DNA of 64,000 nucleotides. It comes from Felis catus (Eukaryota). Under the pieces are notes generated by a model. It was not told the DNA's origin. It ran no database searches and was given only the letters and a program-made list of their open reading frames with translations. How positions within the stretch are numbered: position 1 is the stretch's first letter; every line of letters begins with the position of its first letter. The stretch covers positions 208,818,001-208,882,000 of the forward strand of contig NC_058368.1 in the NCBI RefSeq assembly GCF_018350175.1, given 5' to 3'. Of this stretch, positions 13,511 to 23,790 are shown in pieces. Made by a program: the position numbers and the translations under genes.

Positions 13511-15590
13511 ATCAGACACAAGCACCTCATACACACCTCTATTTGAGCATTTAGCACTCTATGCTGTGACTGCTTGTGTGCTGGTGTGCTTCCTCTCCTT
13601 ACAGATGCTAAGCGGAGGGAGACCCAGGAGTTGTATCTCACTCATTTTGAGTCTCGTAGTAGACAGAGGTTTGTTAAATTCCAAGAGCCTACTGTTAACA
13701 CAATTCCTTCTGCAGGCACAGGTCCAGTGGAAAGAAGGCAAGGAGGAACCCCAGGAAGTTTCTAAAGCAAAGGTGGCCAGGCCTAGTCAGTACCACGTGA
13801 CCCCAACAACTTGGACATAGGTAACTAGCCCAGGAATAAGCACCTGACCGAGGTCTGCTGATCCACAGGGTGTCCAGCAACCCAAAGGAGGCCTGATACA
13901 AATGCTGAGTCCAACTCTAGCACGTGGTTAGTGCCCGGTGCGGCCAATTAGATTCTTTCACTAAAGGAGTTAAAACGTGAGATCAACAGAAAGCTGAGCA
14001 GTTGGTCGCAGGATCAGAAGCCAAGAGACAACTAAAGAAAAACAGAGAGAGAGAGGAACTGAATCACCTTGGCGGCTAAGCCTGCTGGTAGGGATCGCAG
14101 ATGCCTGCTGCTCAGGGGGCAGCGAGATAACCCAGTCACAGAGCCGTATCCTGAATGACCTTCCAGTTCCTGAACTTCAATCCAGTTTTCGTGAGGCCTG
14201 GCTGGGTGGCCTTTCCGGAAGGCTTTTCGGAGACACGTGGCTGAGTGGTGGAGATTCCGGTCAGCCTTCCTTCCACAGCAAACTCCCATTACTTAGGGTA
14301 AACTCAGTGCTATCTGTTCTCTGTAACCCCAAAAAGCCCAGCCAGCACATTCCCAGGGTCTAGCACAGTAACAAATGCTAAATCATTGCAGGTGCCTGGA
14401 CAGCATGATCATCCCCAGTGAAAAACCTTCTGAAAATGAAGATATCGTTCATGGTAGGAACACTGACTAGGGTCGCCTTCAAATTCCAAAAACAATGCTA
14501 AGCTACGACACATCTTATTAAGCTTATTCTGACCTCCCATTCCCAAGCCCATGCACATTTCTACCATAAACCTATCAAAGAAGGAAATGTCACATTCTGC
14601 AGAACTACAGTGAGCATCCAAACTTCAGCTAAGGTATGTTTGGATGACTTGATTTTCACTCCGCTTCATCTTAAATCACAGTAACATTAGTAAGAACAAT
14701 TTTCCTCCCACACCAGCTTCACTGACAAACCTCCAAAGTAGCTGATCTTTGACTTTTAAGAAGTTTAATAATACATGATCTTCTCCCCACATTGCCACAC
14801 ATTCCCCTTGTCTATTGTCTGTATTCGCTACTTGAAGAACACATACTCCCCAACAACCGGATGAGTCACACAATTAGAGATACATGGATGTAAACTGAGC
14901 CTGTTTACCCTTTCCCTGGCCCCAGCTAATAAAATAAAAGAGGTCCCACTCAATTCGGGTCCAGTGGCTTCCGGAAAGCAGGCTCTGCATAGCAAAGACG
15001 TACCTTATTTAGTACATTATTTTAAAGGCAGAGCTAATTTCATGCCCTGTGTGAATTTATGGGGAGAGTCATGGGCAGGGTGTGTGTAAGGACTTGCCCT
15101 CTTCATGTCCTCTACAAAAGAAGGCTCCGGCTGCTTCTGGTGGTAAGCTAACCAACAAAAGGAATGCCTCAAAGGTGTCACAGAAATCGGGAATGGGAGC
15201 TGGGTCCCTGCTCTCACTGGAAACCCAGCACCCAAGGGAGTGCTCGCTTCGGTTACCCATCTGCATTTTCGAAAATCTGGATAAGAGCAGGTTTAGCCCA
15301 ACCTCCCTTGACCTGTTCCTGATAAAATGATCTTACCCCTGTGGAATTGGGATTTTGAATGTATGTGCCTACCCCACGTCTGGTATTCTATTACAACAGC
15401 ATGAAAATGGAGCCTAGGACTGAGGAGCCGGCCAGCCTCAGAAGCCTTCTTCGTTGCCTGCCATGTAATACATGATATGCAAAGCCTCTGACTTCAGCCA
15501 GCAGGTATTTGGAGACCGTGTTGGCCCTAGCATGGGGACTAAACTAATGTGTGTTTAGGTCAGAAAGCGAATCAGAAAAGCCACTGGAGG

Positions 15591-15620
15591 GCACGTCACA
15601 GAGTGAGAGCCTTATAAATT
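15591..15620 (+). promoter_or_regulatory. GDNF upstream core promoter: CRE-like half site plus TATA box
   Basis: CACGTCA at 15592-15598 and TATAAA at 15613-15618, just 5' of the CpG island that carries exon 1. Confidence 0.7.
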
Positions 15621-15642
15621 CATCCCCACTCTCAGCGTCCCC

Positions 15643-16725
15643 TGGCAAACACTCTGCCTCCCTCACTGGGCCGCTCCACATCTCTCCACACTCCTTCGTA
15701 GTGCTAGGAGGACTCCAGCAAGCAGCTCCTCTCGTCCCCGCTGCCTTCTGCCTCGCAGAAAAGCGAGAGGGCTAGATCCCCGGGAAGAAAGGAAAGCCTT
15801 CGACAGGCGCGAGGAAAGCCCAGTGTAGCCCTCCACCCGACGGAGCGCTCTCCCTCACAGCGCGGGGCGCGGGGGCATAGCCCGGCGCGGGCGCCGCGGT
15901 CAAGTTCAGATTGCCCCCTTCGGTTGGACTGCTCGGAGCTCCGCATTCCTCCGGATCTACCCGGCAAGGAGGAGACGCGAGCCCGGCAGCGTCTCCACGC
16001 GCTGAGCGCGCTCTCCCTGCACCCCGGGGAGGAGCGCCTCGCGTCACCCACTCGCACCCCGAGCCCTCTCCTCGGGAGCTCGGGCGCCGCCTCGCTGCTC
16101 TCCTTTCGCTCCCTCACAACCGCCTCCCCACCCCTCCCCTCCCGGGGCCCCGCGCCTCCCCTCCCCCACCCGGCCCCCCGGCCCGGGGTTCTCAAGGACC
16201 AGCCTGCGCTCCTGGCGCCCTCATGTCTTCACGGGACTCCCCGCGCCGGTTGACGTGGTGTCTCGTTCGGATTTCCAGGCCAGACCTCAGCTCCGGCGGC
16301 AGCATCAGCCCGGCCCATCTCGTGCTACCAAGCGCTGCGCCCCGAGAAGGCGCAGAGCGCTGCCGCAGCCGCTGAGCCGCCCGCCGCGCCCCGGGCCCGC
16401 GCAGCCCCGGCCAAGAGCGCGGCGCGCGCAGCCGTGTCACCCCCCCACCCAAGGCAGCGGCGGCTGCTCGGACCTCGGTTTCTGGGGGTGCAGGGCATCG
16501 GCGGAGGAGCTGTCGGCATCCCTCGCCCTTCTCGAGGCGGCGGCGGCGGGAGCCTTGGCTGCCGCCTCCAGCGCGCCCTCGCTGCCCCAGGATTTCGAAC
16601 TCGTGCCCCTGACCTGTTGGGCGGGGCTCTGCGCTCCTGCCCTTGGCCCGGATGGGGCTCCTGGCTGGGACTCGGGGCTCCTGGAGTTAATGTCCAACTG
16701 GGGGTCTGCGGAGACCGGATCCGAG
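15643..16725 (+). other. GDNF: GDNF non-coding exon 1 (5' end uncertain; TSS inferred ~30 nt below the TATA box or further downstream in the CpG island)
   Basis: Strong donor GAG|GTGAGT at 16725/16726. Sequence 16560-16725 resembles the human GDNF mRNA 5'UTR as recalled and joins to GTGCCGCCGCCGGACGGGAC of exon 2. Confidence 0.8.
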
Positions 16726-16950
16726 GTGAGTGGGGAAGCGGGCCGGGGGTGCAAGGGGCGGGAGGGCGCGGCGGCCTGCAGGGCGCGGAAGACAGAGGGG
16801 GCGCGGCCGGACCCCAGAGCAGGCGGTAACATTGGAAAGAGGAAAGACTATATGGAACCGAGGCGCCGGGAGGATAGAGGAGAGAGAGAAGTTGAACGGG
16901 AGAGGGGCTGGCCTTGCAGAGATGCCGTTGCCTTTCCACGTGGGCAAAGA
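15780..16950. promoter_or_regulatory. CpG island over exon 1
   Basis: Very high GC with abundant CG dinucleotides and GC boxes; CRE-like TGACGTGG at 16251. Confidence 0.93.
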
Positions 16951-17499
16951 GCGCTGGTGCCCGATGCCTGTGGACCCCTGGAATGCCCGAGAGGGTCAGT
17001 TTCCCTCCCCGACTCGGTGGGGCGCTCTTCTGTCAAGTCCCAGGACGGTGCGGGTTTGGGGTTATCTTTGAACCCACCGCGACCAGAAAGTGTCCTCTCT
17101 GGACGTGCAGCTGCAGAGATACCATAGTCTGGAGTATAACTTACTATTGAGCTTATTTGGGTCTGTTCCGAGGGAAGGCGCACACCGTGGAGGGGACTGC
17201 TGCAAAGGTGCTGAGAACGTAAAAATAGCGGGCTAGCCTCTTCCAGGGTGCTGTCTTGCAAAGCTACATTCCTCGCCCTTTTCTGAACCCGATTGCTTGC
17301 ACTTTGATAATCCCCGCAACCCCAACTAACCATGGCCGTCGAGGTTAGGAGAGGGGCTGCCTGGACAGTCCAGGACTTGAGTCTCCGCCTCCATCAGTTT
17401 CTTGAAATTCTTCAATGTCTCCGCCAGGCCATCGAAGTTATTTTAGTGACCTTTTTTTCCTGTACTGTGCCACCTTCCCAATAACACCCTCCACCATTA

Positions 17500-19850
17500 C
17501 CTTGCACCTCTGGGCTGATTGCGCCGTGGCTTGGTTTACCAGACCCACCCGGTGAAAACGAACCCTCATCGGGGAGTGGTGTGGCCTTTTACCGGAACCC
17601 CCAGCCTCCTGGCGCCTCCCTGGTTTGGGCTGTGGCAAACCCGCCCGCAGAGCCGACGCGCGCGCCCGGGTGGGGAGGGGGGGTGCTGCCCAACCCATTG
17701 CTCCCAACATTTTTGCTCATTGGCGGGGACAAACACAACTCTTCCGGCCCCTGCCGCCGGTGTGCTCGAGCGTACTCCACAGTACTTTGAATGTACATTT
17801 AAAGTATTCCGAGGAAGAAATGCAGCTTAACTTCACGCACGCACCTCTTCCTCCACCTCAAAGTAGGAGCCGCTGGGCTTCCGCCCGGCCCGGACCAACT
17901 CTAGCGCCCTGTTTAGCCACACCTTCGGTTTGGCGGGGTTTGGGACAGGGTCGCCTTTTCAACAAGTGTCAGATGCCCAGGGAGCCCGCAGCGTCCCAGC
18001 CCACTGTCGAAAGGGTTTCGGCCGTCCCCCCTCCCCCCGGAATATGGCCTCGGGCCCCTTACAGAGAGACCTCTCCCCAGACTGCACGCAGAAAACGTCC
18101 CTCCTTTTTCTTTCCCCTGGTCTTGGGCCCAACAGTTAGGGGGAAATAAGTTCTCCGTCAGGCTAGGACACGAGGCACACTTAAGAAAAGCAATACATCT
18201 TTCAGCAACTTGTGTCCCTACTCCAAAAAGAAAACTCGGAGTTACAGCACGCCCCCCACCACCCCGCCTCCCTTTTCTCTCCCGGAGCCCTGGATCTTGA
18301 AGGCAATGCCCAAACCTCCCAGCCTGCCAGACAGAGGAAGGCGCGGGGGCACGGGCGGCGGAGGCACTCGCCCCCGGGGAAGCTATCACGAGGATGCGGG
18401 GAATTGAGGGAGGGGGAATTCTAAAAGGTTACTGAGACACCAGCTCAGGTGAGGTGGGAAGGGGAAAACTGGGGAGAGGATGAAGGGTCGGAGCCTGAAG
18501 AGCAGGCAACACTGGTGAACACATCCGGAATTTTCGGGAGTAATTTGGTATTACGGGGAATGAGGGAGGGAGGTGCTTGTTCACCGGTTTCATACTTTAA
18601 AAGACGACGCAGCCTCTTTCGCGTGGGCACTACAGGACTCGGACGGTTTCTGGTGCCCCCTGGTGCTGGGAACCCAGAAGCGCCCCACCGTGAGCCGCGG
18701 CTTTTGCCGGCACTGCGGCTCTCCAGGGCGCCCTTTCCGCCGCGGGCCTGGGGACCACCGGTGCGGGCGCCCGCGACGCGCCCTTTCCCTGCGGGCGGCG
18801 ATGGTCCGGGGCGCAGAGGGGAGGCGTCCTGTGGGGTACAAAAATGGGTGCGGGGGCACCTGGTGGAGCCGACTTCGGGAGGAAAGCGTGGTTACCGCAC
18901 GTGGCAGGCAGCGCGTTAAGCAATTCGCGCGCATAGCAAAGGCGGCTGGTTGCAGGCGGAAACACGTCCCGCAGCTGTGCTTTGAGAAAGCGGTTAGGGG
19001 ACAAACAGGGAAGGGGCGGGGGGGGGGAGGAGGGATGAGTTGGGGGGCCCAGATGGGCTCTGAGAAAAGCGTCCCAGTAGATCGCTGTGTGTGCTGAGGC
19101 CCCAACCCCCCGCCTCTTCCTTCGCCCAGCAGATACCGGGAACTAAAGAGCCGCCCCGAGTAGAGCCGGCCCCGGCGATGCTCCGAGGGAAGAATGCGCC
19201 TCCCTGTCGCGGGGGAGGTGGGAGCGTGCTTTCCGGGCCTGCGCCGCACCCGGCCGCGGGCGGGAATGGGAGCCGGGAGCCTCCTCTGGCCAAGCGGGGA
19301 CTTTTCCACTGTTTCCTCTTTTGCCAACTTCTCCACACTTATAATTGAGGATCTCCACGTCCAATTTAAAAAGCTCTCCGTCGGCCAAGCAGGAAAAAAA
19401 GGAAAAACCCTCTTAATGCGGAAGGGAAATCTGGTGCCTCTGTCGCTTCCTGCTGGCGGGCACCTCGATTTGGAATGGCGCATTAACCCCGCTGCTCCCT
19501 GCTCCTCAGGGCCGCCAGCCATTTCGCACGCATCCTGGAGCTGGCACCGGGGCGAGGAGGCGGGAAGCCTCGCGTCCCCCCATTCCTCTCTGTGCGCTCA
19601 TTTTGCACGGCGTGGGTGCAGTGTTGCCTGGGCCGCTGCGCCAGAACCCAGACCTTTCCCCCCGGGTTTGTAAACCAGCCAGTGCGGCATGAGATGCCCG
19701 GAGCTACAGGTTGCCTGGAGTTCCCAGCCTCTACAAACGCCCCGAGCCCCACAGTTGCTTAGCGAACAGACTCCCGAGGGATGGAAAATGCATTCGTCTC
19801 CGCAGCGGTGGGAGGTGGAGACCGAATTAAACGCTTCCCCGGGTGGCCTG
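17500..19850. promoter_or_regulatory. CpG-island tract in intron 1
   Basis: CG-dense and repeat-free; contains kB-like GGGGACTTTTCC at 19296-19307. Confidence 0.8.
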
Positions 19851-21348
19851 CAAGGGAATCTGGGCGGGAGTTCTGGGTGGAGATGGGGGTAGGGCTGCTG
19901 GAAGGGAGGCGGGTAAGCCTGGGAACGTATAGAAAGATGTCAGGCCGAAGTTTCTGCTTTTACCTGGAAACCGTCTTGCTCTCTCCCATGGGAAAAGTTC
20001 AAGGAGATTTTCCTTAGAATCGTATTTGGAGGAGAGGGGATAATCAGTTGCATGAATCTCGTAGTTCCCACTTGAGAATTCCCTTGGAAACTGAACCCTG
20101 ACATTGGGAAGACACTGGGTAACATCACACCCCGAGGTGCCTGGGTCCCCTCCACCTCCTGATTGGGTGGGGCAAGCCCCGAGTTGACAGTGCCTTTTTC
20201 TCGCCCGCCCCCAACTGCGATTGCGCAGTCCGCCTTTCTAGGGCTGTTGAGGCCTGGGAGGCCAAACGCAACCCCGGTCTCTGAGAACTGAGCCCCAACT
20301 CCGCACCGTTTCGTGGTCTAGGCCTTCGGGTGCCCGTGCGCCTCCGCAGCGTCAGAGGCGGCGTACAGTTGTCTCGGAGTGACCGTGGCAGGGGCACGAG
20401 GATCTCGAGACTCCTCTGGGAGGTGAAGGGATTTGGGGCCAGAATCTCGCAAAACTGCAAAAATAAAATAGAGCGTGTTAGGGTATACCACGAAGGATTA
20501 AAATTCTCAAGACAAATGCAACCTAACAGCAATGCTGGGGCATTTATTGAGCGCTTACTTTATGCTCCTCTAGGTCTTTCATACGTTGTTTAATGTTCAT
20601 AACTTAAAAGGTGGAAGTAATAATTTAAACTGAGTTGACGCTTTGGGAAATAACATAACGCAGGTATTCCCGTTCAGGCCAAAATTCTCCAAGTCCTTAC
20701 TAACTTCTTGTCCAGCAACAAAATACTTCCATAAATAAGTGTGAGTGATGAAGCGCTGGGGTGGAGTGAGTCGGGCCACCAGGCCTGCCCCTGTCAGCAG
20801 GATCAGGACCCCGGGCAGAGGGACCTTGATTTTATTCCTAAAACGAAAAGCTGGCCGATTGCTTGGGTGGAAGGCTGGTTCCCTGGACCTACCAGAGCTG
20901 CCGGGAAGGTCGGGAGGTCTCTAACTGGGGCTGAGGATGCAGGGTGGTCGCTGCCTCGTCGTTCCCAGGGAATGGGGAGGTGGGGATGCCAGTACTGGTT
21001 TCGTCGTGTTGGCCGGGTATCGTGCTGTCGTCGTGTTGGTACGAGCAGGGGCAGCGGCCCCGCTGGGAAATCTGACCCCCGGATCCAGTAGCAAAAGAGA
21101 AGGGCAGTTGTAGATAGATTGGATGTGGAGAGCCAGCGGCGCCTGGGACGCAGACGGGACTTGGAAGGAGGGCGCGGGATGTCCAAGGAACCGCTGGGCT
21201 GCAGCCGTCCGGGAGGAGGGCCGTGACGAGTTTGAAGGGGGGCACCAGGACCCGCCGGGATGCCGCGTCCCGGGCGTCCCGGCCTAACGCGCACTCGCCG
21301 GTCCTCTTCCCCGCCCGTGCAGGTGCCGCCGCCGGACGGGACTCTAAG

Positions 21349-21421
21349 ATGAAGTTATGGGATGTCGTGGCTGTCTGCCTGGTGCTGCTCCACACCGCGT
21401 CCGCCTTCCCGCTGCCCGCCG
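21349..21421 (+). CDS. GDNF: GDNF exon 2 short form (pre-beta-pro-GDNF, 185 aa) via internal donor
   Basis: G|GTAAGA at 21421/21422 lies 78 nt upstream of the alpha donor in the same phase (G+CA=Ala). This matches the established 26-aa-shorter beta isoform. Confidence 0.92.
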
Positions 21422-21499
21422 GTAAGAGGCCTCCCGAGGCGCCCGCCGAAGACCGCTCCCTCGGCCGCCGCCGCGCGCCCTTCGCGCTGAGCAGTGACT
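21349..21499 (+). CDS. GDNF: GDNF coding exon 2 (signal peptide and N-terminal pro-region), long alpha donor
   Basis: Translates MKLWDVVAVCLVLLHTASAFPLPAGKRPPEAPAEDRSLGRRRAPFALSSD(S), the recognisable GDNF N-terminus. Acceptor AG is at 21321-21322, so the exon starts at 21323 with 26 nt of UTR. Branch-point-like CTAAC at 21284-21288; donor GTAAGA at 21500; 151 coding nt. Confidence 0.99.
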
Positions 21500-22761
21500 G
21501 TAAGAACCGTTCCCTCCCCGCGGGGGGGCCGCCGGCGGTCCCCCACGCACCCCCACCCGCCGCCCGCACGCACCCCAAGCTGGCAGGGACTGCTGTACGG
21601 CCTCCCACGCCCGCGCGTAAGCCCCCTCCCAGGGTGTGGTTGCCGGTTGCCGCCCAAAGGCCCCGACGCCTGGTCGTTATATGACGCGTGCTGGTTCGTC
21701 CAGCCCAGGGGGTATCAAATGTTTATGCTGTCCGTTTAGCGTTGCGATGAACAGATATTTTCGCTACCACTACCACCACCATAGGAAACCAACACAGCCT
21801 TCCCCTTTTCTAAGCGTCCCCATCCTGTAGACACACTCCCTTTTTTTTTTTTTTTTTTTTTTTTTTCCTTTCTTCCAAAGCCCTTTATCTGTTTGGGTGT
21901 GCCTGGCTGTGCCGAATTCTGAAAACAATTGCATTTCCATCCTAAACTGCCCTTGCAAGGGAAGAGGCTGAGGTTTTTCCAAAGCCAAGCCAGAGTCAGA
22001 GAAAACACAGAAGGGCCTCGATTTCCAGAACAAGCATCTGGGTAGTGTCAAATCTGTTCAGAAAAGTTCCGGTTCTAGAAAGCCTGAACGGTGAAAAGTG
22101 CTAGCTAGGACTAGGGGGAGAAAAAGCTGTAGTTCACTGCACACGCGACAATATTAACTCTTAAGAAAAGACTACATAGATAAATAAATAACTGTGATTT
22201 CCCCCTCAAAAATGTTTTAGATGGCACTCTATTAGGGCATGTCAACTGTGATTTGATATAATTTACCCTCTGCTCTTCAGAAGTTTATCTGTTGCTTAAA
22301 GCAAGGTATGTGCAGACATTAAAAGTTAGAGGTTATTGGGGAAATATGTAGGTAACAGAGGTAGCAGTAGAAAATGTGACACAACCCCGATATAAAGCAA
22401 TGGTGAGCTGTAGCCTGGATGTCACCCTGGCTACTCCCTCTAGCTATTTTGTACTTAAACTGAAGTCAAGTGCACAATGGAAGCAGCCCCCGGGGCAAGT
22501 CAGTTGTATGCTAAAGAGTCCCCCAAACCTAGTGGCCTTGAGCTAAAAACAGTGCAGGAAACGTGATGTGCTCATTTTATGCTTAATTACAACAATAAAA
22601 GCATCTTCTTCCAGAAGTCCCAAGAAAAGGGGGAAAAGTGCATTTTTTAAGGCAAATTAAGACTTCAGGAGAGACTTGGGGTTAGGAAAAGAACATCCGT
22701 TGATCCCTTGAAATTAAAGTAACTGTTCCAAGGGTTTCTGTCAGTTAGTTGTATAAACCTA

Positions 22762-22965
22762 TTTTTTTTTTCTAAAATTTATTTATTTTTGAAAGAGAGA
22801 GACAACAAGTGAGGGAGAGGCAGAGAGAGGGAGAGAAAATCCGAAGCAGGCTCTGCATCGTCAGCCCAGAGCCCCACTCCGGGCTCAGTCCCACCAACTG
22901 TGAGACCATGACCTGAGCTGAAACCAAGAGTCAGATAATTAACCAACCGAACCACTCAGGCGCCC
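22762..22965 (-). mobile_element. Can-SINE, antisense in intron 2
   Basis: Reverse head ...accactcaggcgccc; TSD TGTATAAACCTATTTTT on both sides. Confidence 0.93.
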
Positions 22966-23022
22966 GTGTATAAACCTATTTTTAAAGGCTTCGGTTTCAA
23001 CCATGAATTTCTACTTTAGTAG

Positions 23023-23191
23023 AATATAAATGTTTAGTAGTAGTAGTAGTATATAAATGTTTCTCCAACAGAAACAATATAAATGTTTAGTAGTAGTAGT
23101 AGTATATAAATATACTACTACTAAACAATATACTAAACGATATAAATGTTTAGTAGTAGTAGTAGTATATAAATGTTTCTCCAACAGAAAC
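23023..23191. repeat. Complex local tandem/inverted repeat built on ATATAAATGTTT(AGT)5
   Basis: Three direct copies plus an inverted piece (23112-23127), read directly. Confidence 0.92.
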
Positions 23192-23629
23192 TTAAATTTA
23201 AAATGCCCCTTAGTGCCATTGTCTTCAGAATAGTACCCATGAGAGCTGAGTAAGCAGCTTTTCGTTCACTCAAACAGCCTAGGCCAGAGGAACAGGAACA
23301 GTGTTAGATAATAGTTCTCTAGCCAGGATGTTCAGGAGAAATATGACTGGGCCTGATTATGAAGCTGATTAATTCATGGAAATTTAATTAGCATATTAGT
23401 ATCATGTCTACCTCAGCTTATTCAATGCTGGCTCTGCTTTCAACTAATTCTGACTTTGGACAAGTTACTTACTTACTTTAGACCTCAGTGAAGTTTACAA
23501 CCATGCCATAAAGGGAGGCCTTTCCACTCCCAAACGCCAATGGCTATGAGATTTTGTCCCCTTAGCCTTCATGTTCCTGCCCTAACTGTCCTCTGGGTAA
23601 AGGCTCAGGAGGAGAGACACCCCCCCCCC

Positions 23630-23790
23630 CCACCTCACTGGAATCCCCTGGGGATCTTTAATGGCATACTGATGCCGGACCTCACCCTGAGAGATTCTGA
23701 TTTAGTTGGTTTGGGGTGTGGCTTGGGCATTTGGAGATTTAGATGTCCCCCAGGTAACTCTATTGTGCAGTCAGGGTTGAATCCCTATGA
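23630..23790. mobile_element. MER5B-like hAT MITE
   Basis: ggaatcccctggggatcttt...gagattctgatttagttggtttggggtgtggc...cccaggtaactctattgtgcagtcagggttga. Confidence 0.7.

Larger units (their letters stand above)
20850..21720. promoter_or_regulatory. CpG island over exon 2 (possible proximal alternative promoter)
   Basis: CG-dense region spanning the end of intron 1, exon 2 and the start of intron 2. Confidence 0.85.

Noticed and set aside
18590..19522. 310-aa minus-strand ORF, plus 290, 239 and 204-aa ORFs at 16255, 20889 and 16325
   Set aside because: All lie in CpG islands where stops are rare. They are R/P/G/A-rich, open in several frames at once and show no recognisable domain.
23023..23191. 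CRISPR-like repeat array
   Set aside because: Eukaryotic intron, no unique spacers and no cas genes; it is a local duplication.
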